Source: Basidiobolus meristosporus CBS 931.73 (Eukaryota; Fungi; Basidiobolomycota). Taken from it: 64,000 nt of DNA. The position numbers were made by a program, and so were the translations under genes. The notes beneath the pieces are model-generated. The model was not told the DNA's origin. It ran no database searches and saw only the letters and a list, made by a program, of their open reading frames with translations. Location: NCBI GenBank assembly GCA_002104905.1, contig MCFE01000326.1:1-64000 (forward strand), written 5' to 3'. This document shows, one piece after another, positions 49,703 through 61,500 of this stretch. Position 1 is the first letter of the stretch. Every line of letters begins with the position of its first letter.

Positions 49703-51559
49703 ATGGATCTATCTTTACCAGGAATGCAAGGAACCCCTTTCTTTGATGGAACTAAAGTCAAAGCTTTCATCAAGAGGTGGGAGCTTTTCTGCAGTGCCCA
49801 CAAAATACCTGAGGCCATTATGGCTGAGGAGATGCCCTCCTACAGCACTGATGAGATCATGCTCTCATTATATGAAAGAAATGATCTGCTGACAAATTGG
49901 ACCCTCTTGAAGAGCTACTTGATTGATGAATATGGAGAGAGACAAGTTGACTACACACTTCAAGACTTGGAGAACTTTGCTTATAGCAAGTTTAAGCTGC
50001 CACCATTGAAAGAATACTTGAGTGGCCTTGAGCAAATTGGAGAGTCACTGAAAGCCCAAGGCATTATCACTGATCTGACTTTATCTGCCTATCTGCTCAG
50101 AGCACTACCAGAAGGCCTGGTGAGAAGGATTGAAAACAATCCTACTGTGAAAGCTATGAGTTCACTGCCTGCATTTCAGTTAGCTAAGCAGATTCTACTT
50201 GCCCCTGCAGAATCCTCACCAATCAGAAAGCTTCTTTCAAGCCCAGAACAAAACCAAGATAGCCAAGACATACTTAATCCCAGCAATCAAAGCACTGAAA
50301 TTCAGGAGCTGACACAGCAACTAGAGAAACTCTCTTTGCTACTTTCCAGCAAAGCATATGGTCAGAAGCCAGTAGAGAAAGTAGTCAAATATACATGCAT
50401 GTGGTGTTACTCTGCCTACCATTCCAAGAGATATTGCCAAGTGCTTCAGTCATTACTATCCACAGGTGATGTCCTATATAGTCCTCAGGGATACATAGTC
50501 AGTAAGCATGGTGACAAATTATCCACAGCATTTGGACAAGGAGGAATGAGAGTTCACTACAAGCAAGTCACCTCTCATACAAGAAAGGTTCACCTCCATG
50601 AAGAAGAAGATCCTGACTACTTTGATCCAGCTGAAGTTCTGAACTTTGACTATGAGGACCCCAGAGAAGCCCAAGATCATATAGCTTCAATTTATGCTTC
50701 AAAGAGACACCATTCTGAAAAAATGGCTAATCCAGGCACACCAACAAAAGTACCAAGATGTGAGCCAGAAGTTGTGATTGAGAAGAAAGCATCACCCCCA
50801 TTAATTTTACAAGAGTCTGCCAAGGCCAACAACTACCACATGCAGCCTAGAGTCAAGCAAAACGGTACCCCAGAGGCTCTGACAAGTCATATACTAGGAA
50901 GCAACATATCAATCAAGGTTGGAGAGCTACTCAGTGTATCACCATCTGTAAGAAAGACTCTGGATGAGCACATCAGAATAAGAAAGCATCCAATTGAAGC
51001 AACTCAAGGCAACCAGGTCAGGACAGTTCAGGGAAGCAAAGATACCAGTAAGCTGCATCAAAGCCATAAACACTACTACTCAGTGGCAACTGCAACAACT
51101 GCAGGAACTGTGCATAATCAAGAAATCCTATGTCATATAGACAGTGGATCTGAGATATGTGTGATGCCTTTGGAGGCTTGGAAACAACTACCATGCAAAG
51201 ACCTATTGCCCATAGACACCAATATCAATCGGAGTATGAAGGATGCAAACTCAGGGCAATCAAAGCTTTTAGGAATTATTCACAGCTTCCCTCTCATCAT
51301 TGAAGGAATACCCCAAGAGATACCAGTATTCATTTGTGCAAAGGCTAACTTTGAATTACTTCTTGGAAGACCATGGGAGGTGAAAGCAAGAGCAACTGCA
51401 GTGAGCTACCCAGATGGTTCAGCATGGTATACTATATACTCAGAGAGCCCAGGACTAACAGCAACCTTCTGTGGTGTGGACTCAAACAATATCCAATCAA
51501 TGACATCATGTAGATTTCTATCCCAAGAAAAGACAGGTGGCTTCATTGAGGATGACTGA
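49703..51559 (+). CDS. Intact Gag-zinc knuckle-aspartic protease polyprotein (618 aa)
   Basis: PFFDGTKVKAFIKRWE gag start; CMWCYSAYHSKRYC (CX2CX4HX4C); HIDSGSEICVM; LLLGRPW. Confidence 0.9.
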   Translation: MDLSLPGMQGTPFFDGTKVKAFIKRWELFCSAHKIPEAIMAEEMPSYSTDEIMLSLYERNDLLTNWTLLKSYLIDEYGERQVDYTLQDLENFAYSKFKLPPLKEYLSGLEQIGESLKAQGIITDLTLSAYLLRALPEGLVRRIENNPTVKAMSSLPAFQLAKQILLAPAESSPIRKLLSSPEQNQDSQDILNPSNQSTEIQELTQQLEKLSLLLSSKAYGQKPVEKVVKYTCMWCYSAYHSKRYCQVLQSLLSTGDVLYSPQGYIVSKHGDKLSTAFGQGGMRVHYKQVTSHTRKVHLHEEEDPDYFDPAEVLNFDYEDPREAQDHIASIYASKRHHSEKMANPGTPTKVPRCEPEVVIEKKASPPLILQESAKANNYHMQPRVKQNGTPEALTSHILGSNISIKVGELLSVSPSVRKTLDEHIRIRKHPIEATQGNQVRTVQGSKDTSKLHQSHKHYYSVATATTAGTVHNQEILCHIDSGSEICVMPLEAWKQLPCKDLLPIDTNINRSMKDANSGQSKLLGIIHSFPLIIEGIPQEIPVFICAKANFELLLGRPWEVKARATAVSYPDGSAWYTIYSESPGLTATFCGVDSNNIQSMTSCRFLSQEKTGGFIEDD

Positions 51560-52798
51560 GAGAGCACTTTGTTCTCCAAACTTACAGTGTTTAGCTAAAA
51601 AAGTTTCAGGGAACTTTTTTGCTCAAGTGGGGGGTGGATGTGGTAGGGTAAGCATACCTCCCACAGACAAGTTTATTCATATAGTCATTATGATATACTT
51701 ATCCATATTTTATCTTATCAGTATTATCCCATTCTTCTTTTGCCCATATTATCAGTATTATCCCCATATGAAGTTTACCCTGATTAGTTATTAGCATTAG
51801 TTATCCCAGATGTTATTCAGCTTTGTGATCAGTAGATGTATCTATATAAGGCAAGTACCTGCGTCAGTATATCCAAGAGAATTAATCAAGTGTTAAGCCA
51901 AAGGCATGGTCATACATACCCCCTTTGAGAAATAATTGTAATGATTCTGCCAAAAGGCCATCACAAAATTGAAGTCCTGCAGCTAGGAGGAATTGATCCC
52001 TTCAGGACGCTATGCAAAGATTGTGGAAAAATAATTACAACCTAGATTTCACAAGGATAGTAGTCAAAGTTTTTCAGGAAAATAATATATAAGTAACTTT
52101 TGATTGGTTCTCTGTCAATTCTTGCACTTTCTGATCCTGGACCCTCAGTAAATTCCTATATAATTCTCTTGCTTTTCATGCATGCAAATTGATCTATTTC
52201 TGCTGGAGCTTCAGTTGTACCTCAACTGCTAATTGTATTAGCCTATGCAAGCTTCTATACCAGTACTAACATTAAACCCAATCCCACACTCAATCACTAA
52301 CTCTGTCAAAATCCACCATTCAATAAGTATATCTGCTGTGATGCTCTTTTTCAATGACTATGACCAGAACCCTATGGCTTTATGCCAATATTCACTTACT
52401 GATTTGCATATGTCCTGGAACTCAGCTGGTACTGCAAGGTTCAGCACCTTGTTGGCCAGTCTTTTTAATAAATCCTGGCAATATTCAGGTGCATTTTCTT
52501 GAGCCCTGCTCTTGAAGAAGTACTGCAGCATCTGGGTGTGCCTATCTATGTTTCAAAACTCTATGGTACACTTTGTAATACTCTTTTGAGCTCATGACAT
52601 TGTGGCTTTGTCTTACAGTAGGATCTCCACTCTATATACAAAGGAGAATGTGGAGGCAGTCATTGGCAAATTACTTTTCTCTGCAAGCACATCTACCTCA
52701 CTGGAGTGTAGCTCTACTGGCAGTACTTCCATCTCTTGAGAAAACAACTGTTTTCTTGTTAGTAATTTTTCTTGACTATGATGAGATCCAGTCTGTTC

Positions 52799-55700
52799 TG
52801 TTGTAAGAGCCTTGGAGATATTGGAAGTGATCGGGAGAACAAGTAGATTATGTGGTTTTCACTTAATGATTTATTGAATGTAAAAGTAGTATTTATACTT
52901 TTACATGGTCTTGGCATACCAAACACATAGAATAGGTTAAGGAAGGTCCCAAGAGCATGTGTGCAAAGTTTGGGGCTGTTTGGACAACTTTGAGAATTTT
53001 CATGTTCTGGGAACCTGGTATTTTGGTGAAAATATTCAAAGTAAATCCCAACAAGGAATTTTGGTCAGTATTCTCTAGGATATGAAGGTAATGATCTAAG
53101 TGACTAAGCAAGGTGAATATTTAGGTGGAAATACAAATTTTACAATACTCCCACTCAGCTAAATGTTCATACTGACTAGTCCTAATTTTGACCTAAGATT
53201 TGCAAACTTGTCTCTAGCTAATGGCTTGGCAAATATGTCTGCAATCATTTTATCTGCAGGACAGTAAACTAAGCTAACTAAGCTATTCTTTATAGCTTCA
53301 CGTATGAAATGATGTTTAATATCTATGTGCCAGGTTCTATCATGAAAAGTTGGATTTCTACCTAATTGTATACATCCTTGATTATCTTGAAATAAAGTAA
53401 TAGGAATTTTTTGACATAGGCCTGAATCTGTAAAAAGCTTTCTTAGCCACATTGCTTCTTTTGTAGCTTCACAGACTGCCATGTACTCTGCCTCTGTGGT
53501 AGAAAGTGCTATGGTTGGTTGCTTTCTTGAATTCCATGAAATTGTTCCTTTACAGTAAAGAAAGGCGTATCCTGTGGTGGATCTTCTGTCTTCCAAATTT
53601 TGTCCCCAATCAGCATCAGAGTATCCCACAAGATCCTGTTCTGAATCCTTATAAGTGTATCTTAAGCAGATATCAGCAGTTCCTTTTAGGTATCTAAAAA
53701 TCTGCTTAACTGCTGAAATATGATCAGATCCATAGTTCTGATTATGTTGGCTGACAGCTCCCACTGAATATGAGATATCTGGACATGTTCCAAGCATGAT
53801 ATACATCAGACTACAAACCATAGATTGATAATGAAAGTCAGGGCTTTCAGATGGCACCAAGCTCTCTTGATTTGGTTGGATTTTGACCATGTTAAGGTTT
53901 GTCTCCATTGGGGTAGCTGCCGGTTTACAGTCTTCCATTTGGTGCTTCTTTAATATATCTTGAATATACTTGGATTGGCTTAGGGTAATTGTCTGGGTAC
54001 TTCTGTCTTTGGCAAACTTAATCCCCAAGTAGTAATTAGACTTGTTCCATTGTGCCACTGATCATAGTGCCAGAGAGTGCTGTATATCTTGTTTTTAATT
54101 TGATATTTTAGGGTCATATGCATGTCAATTTTGATCCCAAATTGGCACTGTATGGCACCATCTGGCACTCTGTGGCATGATCAGGCACCATCTGGCATGC
54201 TATGGCACTATTGGGCACTATGATAAGCTGGAATGATGGAACAAGTCTATTAAGCTCTCCTGTATTGGACATCTTGAACTCCTTAGATAGGCTGGATTTA
54301 GTCTCTTCCAATGTTTCTAGGTTATTGGCAGCTATAATAAGATCATCCACATATAGAGCTAATAGAACTGGATTTACTCTATCTGGCTTATAGTATATAC
54401 TATAGTCAGCATTACTCCTTTTGAAACTCAAAGATTCCAAATAAGAATCTATCTTACAATTCCAGGTTCTTGGTGATTGTTTGAGACCATATAGCGACTT
54501 TTTAAGCTTGCAGACCAAATAGGGGTTATCTTGGTCAACAAACCCATCAAGCTGGTCCATATACACGTCCTCATCAAGTTCTCCATTCAAAGTGCAGTTT
54601 TCACATCCATTTGATGAATAAAAAACTTATATTTGGCTGCAATAGCCAATATTAATCTGATGGAATTAAACTTGGCTACCAGTGTAAAGGTCTCAGTATA
54701 GTCAAGTCCTTTTGTTTGAGAGTATCTTTTGGCTACAAGTTGTGCTTTGTATCCTTCAATTTTACCATTAGCCTTGTATTTTGTCTTGAAGACCCCTCTG
54801 CATCCAATTGATTTTTGGTTGATTGGTAATTTGACTAAGTCCCAAGTTTGATTTTCCATCAGGGCCTGATATTCCTCAGTCATTGCAGATCTCCAAAACT
54901 CTGTCTGAGGGCTATTTTGGGCCTCTTTTACAGTCTGGGGCTCATCAACATGGACTGAATAGGCATAGGCTAAGTTTGTACCCATATTGATATGGTAATT
55001 TGGGCTATTTCTTGTCTGATTGGGTCTCTGGGCATTTGATACTGGAATGATCACTTCTGGGACATTCCTGGGCACTGATTCTGGCTGAACCATGGTTGTA
55101 GAGTCCTCTGGAGTGAAAAAATTTCATTGTTTTGCTCTGATTCAATCCTGACAATTGGTGGACTTGAGATCAAGTTTTTGTCGTCATCTGATGTCATTTT
55201 TTGTGAAAATTTTGAATTTTCATCAAACAACACATCCCTGGACTTGATCAGCTTCTTTGCTTTGGTATTGAAGAGTCTGTATGCCTTACTTTCATTGCAG
55301 TAGCCCAAAAATATGCATTTACACTTTTTGGCTCAAATTTTGAATGATCTCCGGCCAGGTTTTTGGCATATGCTGTACACCCAAATATTCTTAGATGTTC
55401 TGCACTGGGTCTGTATCCATACCATGCTTCAAATGGAGTAGAATCACAAAGTATTCTGTTCCAACTCCTATTTTTAAGGTATACAGCAGTGGCAACTGAT
55501 TCCGCCCAAAACTCATAGGATAATTTTTGATCATGGATCATAGATCTTGCCATATCATTTATTGATCTTTTAGCACATTTTGCTACTCCATTTTGTTGTG
55601 GGGAGTATGGTACAGTAGTCTCTTGCTTTATCCCATGAACTTTGCAGAAGTGGATGAAGAGTTTTGAGGTATATTCTCCACCATTCTCAGAGTGTATTTT

Positions 55701-57694
55701 CTTGATTTTTTCCCCAGTTTCTCTCTCCACCATGGTTTTAAACTCCCTGAACTTAGACAGAGCTTCTTCCTTTCTCTCCATAAAGTAGACCCATGTGTAT
55801 CTTGTATAATCATCAATAAAAGTGATTAAATACTTCATCCTGCCTAAGGATAAATTTTGCATAGGTCCACACAGATATGAGTGAATTATATCTAATTTTT
55901 TCTTAGTTTTAATTAACCCAGAGCTTTTGAGCAGTTGTCTGGCTTGTTTCCCATATATTCAGGCTTCACAGTGCTCCAAATTAGCTGGGGGATCAATTTT
56001 TACTCCAGAAATTTGCTGATCTTTGATCATTTTGAGCAAATAATCAAAATTGATGTGCCCAAATCTCTGGTGCCAAAGCATTGGTGTTTCTTCATTTAAG
56101 TTACTTATATTGGCCTCCAAATATGATGGAATATAAGTCAACTTGTATAGATTCTGATCTCTGATGCCCAAAGCAATATGGGTACCATTTTGTTCAGTGA
56201 TCCTGCATCCAGAATTGTCAAAACTGAAACTGAGTCCTTCTGCTGTGGCCTTGCTTACAAAGAATAGGTTCTTGGCTATTTCTGGTATAAAGAGTACCTA
56301 TTTAAAGGTTAGTGTATGGCTTTGTTCACTGCTGCTAAGGTTTACTTGGACAGTTCCTTCTCCCACTGCATCAAGTGTTCTATTGTCACCCATGAAAACC
56401 TTCTTAATTGGAATTTCTTGATATTGGGTAAAAAGTTCTTTTTGGTGTGTAAAGTGTTGAGAAGCTCCAGAGTCAGTATACCACATCTGAGAATCCTTGT
56501 TTGTGGTCATATTAATTGCAGATATGAATAGTCTATCTTCAGTTGTTGCAGCATTTCCATATTCAGGCTTCTTTTGCTGATTATCTTTCTTTTTGAGACA
56601 TCGGTCTGATGTGTGTCCTTTCCTTTTACAGTAGTTGCAAAACAGGTTGCTGTTGCCTTTGTAGGGTCTTGGGTACTTCCTTTGTTGGCTATCATTGCTC
56701 ATTAAAGCATTTTCTTCTTCCTTCTTATTGGTGCTTGATTTTCTTAATTCTTCATCCAGGAGCCTTCCATATATGTAATTTAAGGTCAAATATTCAGTTC
56801 TGGACTCTATGGCTGATACAAGGCCCTGAAACTTGTCTGTCAGGCTATTCAGGATGGTAACTATCACATCCTCATCAGTAGTTGGTACACCCACAAATTC
56901 CATCTCATCTACCAGCAGGATAATTCTGTTAATTAGATTTTTCATTTCTTCTCCTGGCAGCATATTTGTAGTAAAACATTTTTGTCTCAGATACATTTTC
57001 TTAGCAGCTGAACATGACTGGTAGGTGTCTTCTAATGCTTTCCTGGCATTCTTTGCCGTTTTTGCTCTTGAGCATTGAATTAGCAATTTGTCTTTAACAT
57101 CAAGGCAAATGCATTTAAGGCACTTTGTTCTTTCTTCTGGTACTTCAAGGGTTTCTCTCCCACGTTTTCAGGAGGGAATTCTTCTCCCATGACAACATCC
57201 CAAAGGCCTCTTTCTTGTAGCAGCATCTTCATCTTCACCTTCCACACTTGGTAGTCAGATCCATCCAACTTTTCAGCAGAGGGAAAAATTTCAGTTATAG
57301 CAGTTGTAGACATTACAGAGAGTGACAGCATGGGGCTCATAACCTGTTGTAAGAGTGTTGGAGATATTGGAAGTGATTGGGAGAACATGTAGATTATGTG
57401 GTTTTCACTTAATGATTTATTGAATGTAAAAGTAGTATTTATACTTTTACATGGTCTTGGCATAACAAACACATAGAATAGGTTAAGGAAGGTCCCAAGA
57501 GCATGTGTGCAAAGTTTGGGGCTGTCTGGACAACTTTGAGAATTTTCATGTTCTGGGAACCTGGTATTTTGGTGAAAATATTCAAAGTAAATCCCAACAT
57601 GGAATTTTGGTCAGTATTTTCTAGGATATGGAGGTAATGATCTAAGTGACTAAGTTAGATGAATATTTAGGTGGGAATACAAACTTTTACAACA
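52799..57694 (-). mobile_element. Full-length copia family A (LTRs 57345-57694 and 52799-53147)
   Basis: TSD TGTTC/TTTTC; PBS 57332-57344; PPT 53148-53158; gag CNYCKRKGHTSDRC, PR WYTDSGAS, IN, RT LYVDDLII, RNase H; about 15 differences between the LTRs by eye. Confidence 0.95.
54038..54248 (-). mobile_element. 211-bp MITE inserted in copia RT
   Basis: Same TIRs as 28229; perfect TSD ATT restores the GEL(S/N)YYLG frame; ~94% identical to the other copy. Confidence 0.95.
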
Positions 57695-59573
57695 TTTTCT
57701 GGGCTGATGGTGTTGATTGGTGAGAACTGCTGCTTTTTCCAACACTTCCTTGTCTCTGGATTGGGTAGACCTTTTTTCTTTACCTTTATTTCAATCACTG
57801 CCAATTTGTTTACTGCTACTTTGACAAAGTGCTTCTTGTATGGTACTCTGTTTTCTTGTTGATGAATGCTGCATTGGAGCTTTTAATTTTGCCTTCTTGT
57901 CCATTGCCAGCACTCTCCCAGCAGCCTGATACTTCTTAGCCACATGCTTGTAACTATCAGCCCTGCTTGCAATAGACTCCTGAGGAAGCCACAGGCTTTT
58001 ATTACTGTTGAGTCCTTCATTGTTATTGTGACAGAGTGCTTCCTGTATTGAACTACATTTTCTTGTTGATAAATGCGGCACTGATTCATCTATTTCTGCC
58101 TTCCTGTCTCTTGCTGGCACTCTTCAGGCTACCTGATGCTGCCTTGCTGCTTATTTAAAGCTTTCAGCCCTGCTTGTGATAAGCTCTTAACAAAGCTGCT
58201 GGTTTTTAGCCATGGCACTCCTGTTCTTCTGTCTTTGATAGTTCTGCTACTCTTAAGATACTTTCTTGATATTTCAATGCAGGCCCAAGATCTGTTTGCT
58301 TGCTTGAATCCAGGATAAAGCTCATGGAACATGTTGAGCTCATTCTACTTGGCTTTTGGCTCATGACGGTCCTATGGTACACCAGCCCTGGGGGAATGCC
58401 TTGCTACACTTCTAATGACCTTGCAAATATTGACCCATTCTTCATCATTGCACTCAGCAGCCTCATGGATCTTCAATATTTTTTAATTTTAAGCTGCAGT
58501 ATACACCATAGTCCCTCCCTTCAATGCTGGGATATTTTTTCTGTAGGCTTTATCTTTGTGCACTGTTGTTGTGCTTTAAAGACTGCTTAGTGTTATGCTG
58601 CTGTTATATTGGGAAATGACCCAATTCTTGGATGTAATATTAGGCTACTTGAGCTCCTTCTTTGCAGCAAGGATTTTGCATTATCTACCTAGGATATCAA
58701 TTGCTCAGCATGTATTATCAGCTCATCCTGTCTCTGGACTATTTCCTGATTTCTCTGGGCCATTGCATTCAGCCTATTGGCCACTACATCTAATTGTCTC
58801 ATTTATGCTTTGGTATGAGCCAACAACATGCTGATTTAGATGGTGGTGAATTTATGATGGTCACTTGCTAGTCTTCAACCTAAGGTACTGCAACTTCTGC
58901 ATTTTCATCTGCCTGAGCATTATGGTCAGCTTGTAGCTCCACAGAGATTCTTGTTTGCTCACTTGACTGGGAGCCTGAGGAGACTGCATTATTACCTTCA
59001 GTGGTAACACTGTCAACATGGCCATATTTGGTTGTAGCCCTGCTTGTTGCACTGAATATCAAAGCAAGCTGTTGTCAAACACTTCTTCTGTTGCTGTCAA
59101 TAATGTGGTCTGGTTGGGAACTAGAAACTTTGCTTTATTTTTTGTCAGCATTTATATGGAAGTGAGTCAAATCAAAGGGAATAGAGCTACATATATATGT
59201 ATATATAGTGCCACAACTTTTTTTATTATACTTACTATTCCAGGTCATCATTGAATCTTAAATTCATGCAAGTGCAATGTCTCAAATACAAAATAGTCTT
59301 AAGTTTACAGGGGTATTGACAAAAGAGGGATACAATAGTGTTATATTGTTGAGTATTAAGCTGTTTGCCCCGCAGAGACAACTACTTTGATTCAATGTCT
59401 TAAAAGAAGCAAAAAAAACCTAGTGGCCATTGGAACAAGCCTCTCTGCCATGAAGCATGCAGAGAGCATATGAAGTATTACAACAATCATTGGCAGTATC
59501 TTGCTGCACAAGTTACATTTGACTATTCATTAGTCACTACTGTACCAACATTATCTTGCTGTACACTTAATAC

Positions 59574-59918
59574 TGTTGTAAAAGTTTGTAATTCCACCTA
59601 AATACTCACCTAACTTAGTCACTTAGATCATTACCTTCAAGTCCTACAGAATACTGACTAAATTCCTTGCTGGGATTTACTTGAATTTTTACCAAAATAC
59701 CAGGCACCCAAAACATGAAAATTCTCAAAGTTGTCCAAACAGCCCCAATCTTGGCACACATGTTCTTGGGACCTTCTTTAACCTATTCTATGTGCTGTTA
59801 TCCCAAGACCATGTAAAAGTATAAATACTACTTTTACATTCAATAAATCATTAAGTGAGAACCAAATAATCTACTTGTCCTCCCAATCACTTCCAATATC
59901 TCCAAGACTCTTACAACA
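59574..59918 (+). mobile_element. Solo LTR-A
   Basis: TGTTG...CAACA; perfect TSD AATAC. Confidence 0.95.
59820..59847 (+). promoter_or_regulatory. Putative LTR-A TATA box (59820-59825) and AATAAA (59842-59847)
   Basis: TATAAA...AATAAA conserved in most LTR-A copies; function inferred only. Confidence 0.45.
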
Positions 59919-60899
59919 AATACTTTTATCACAGCACCAAGCTGTACTTGTTACCTTGTGCATACTGAGTCAGGTGAGTTTGTGATGCATAGAGGCTCCC
60001 CCAGCCTCCTGAATATGGGATGCAGAGTGACAACTCTAAAGAAAACACTCACAGATGGATTATGAGCTTATCTCCCCTAGCCACAGTGCCCCACAGGAGC
60101 CAGCAAAATCTTAAATCCCATTTCTTAATGAGACTACACCTGTAGAAAACAATGCCAAGGATACTTTGTGGAGCCCAGAGAGCCAAGTAGTTCATTTACT
60201 GGGGAATGATCTAATGTTGTGATTAGAATAGTGGCATGTTTTCACAAACATAAGTAATGAGGGCATTGAGGTGTTGTGCACCAACATTTAAAAACTGAGC
60301 TAATCTCACTATGTCAGAAAATCATATAACCTAACTGATTTTCCCTAACCTAATTCTAGCTAGTCCCTGCAATGGTTTACTTTATTACTTCTCAAAATCT
60401 ATTCTTAGCTGTCACACTTAATCAACTTTTAGGTAGTTGTTATATCCTTAACTAAATCTGATAAGCCTTTCCTGGTGATTAGATATATGAGATATACCCT
60501 ATCAACACCCAAACTGGTTTCCATTAATCCAGTCTCTTGGAGCTTACTAATTCATCTTGATCAGTAGAGTATAAATACAGTGTACTGAATCCTTTGGTTT
60601 TGTGTGTTTCTCAACAAAACTAAGATTGTGTTTCAGTATAATTGAGAATAAAATAATTGCAGTCTAGTTTCTAATCAAGCCTAGCATATCTAGAACTCTC
60701 AAGAGCACAAAGCCTTGCCTGCATAGCAAACCAACTCTGTTGCCTTTGTAGCCAAACCCAGCTATACAAAAGACCATGATTAGACCAGAATCTCCCTGCT
60801 AATATTTTCACCAATCTCTGGCAATTCTAAAATTCTGCAATTAGTTGTCCCCTAGGTTCAGTTAAACTATTGAAGAAGCTTTTTACACTTTTCTCTTGG

Positions 60900-61500
60900 A
60901 TACAACACATTTTGTGTTATATTCCATTACATTCAATCTTTGATAAGATACTCTGATTAGCAAGCAATCCATGTCTTTCCATATTCACAGAAGCCAGAGA
61001 AATCAAGGGGAACTGACTGAGCAGCTTGAAAGATCATGCTTGAAAGAAACACCTTGATGCTTGAGCACTTGAAGGTTGCCAAGACAAGATTTAACAATTG
61101 TTGTAGAGGTGAGCTCCTTGTAGTTATTTCTGGCTACCAAGATAAAATCATATTTATCAAAGGTCTGGACAATTAGGCAATAATAATTGACAGCTTTGAA
61201 AATCTGTCAAGCCTTGCTCTGTATCAACCACCATAAAGTCATGCCTTTCAATCCTCCAGATCTACATCCCCCTCTAGAACTGCCTTGGTAGTTATACTAG
61301 GATCCTTGTCTCTTTATGCTGAAGGAGTCAATACCAAAAAGAATCCTACTGAGTTTCTTTACAAGTTTAGTCATGTCTTAGCTGCACACCAGCTGGGCTA
61401 GACTTCTGGTTCTCTGTCTCACCATGCAGGATGTTGACTGGGTTGAAGTGGATATTTCATCGAATTGTATGTGGAAGATTGCACAACACCTATTTTGTAG
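60900..61500 (-). pseudogene. Possible degenerate gypsy integrase
   Basis: Reverse complement gives ILFGIDSF and DKYDFILVARNNY; weak. Confidence 0.3.

Larger units (their letters stand above)
48825..51866 (+). mobile_element. Non-autonomous gypsy-type element: LTR-B (48825-49628), PBS, gag-PR ORF, PPT, truncated 3' LTR (51639-~51866)
   Basis: LTR TGTGGT...ACCACA; the second LTR starts 80 bp after the ORF stop, preceded by AAGTGGGGGGTGGA; no RT, RNase H or integrase. Confidence 0.92.
51921..60270 (+). mobile_element. CACTA copy D (right-truncated), hosting a full-length copia and a solo LTR
   Basis: Degenerate left TIR CCCTTTGAGAAATAATT; collinear with B through ORF2 and the transposase N-terminus. 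Confidence 0.85.

Noticed and set aside
54035-54251. MITE as Tc1/mariner-type with a TA TSD
   Set aside because: A TA duplication leaves the empty site 3 bp too long versus the RT frame; ATT restores it exactly.
57080-57472. Recurrent ORF MFVMPRPxKSINTTF as a small gene or gag extension
   Set aside because: It lies within LTR-A, overlaps the putative TATA box, and is broken by a stop in the 4310 copy.
52799-57694. Similar LTRs but a shattered ORF as an anomaly
   Set aside because: About 4% LTR divergence predicts several stops and indels over 4 kb, consistent with neutral decay.
60272-60900. Putative LTR starting TGTTG at 60272
   Set aside because: No second copy, clear 3' end or PBS could be identified in the window.
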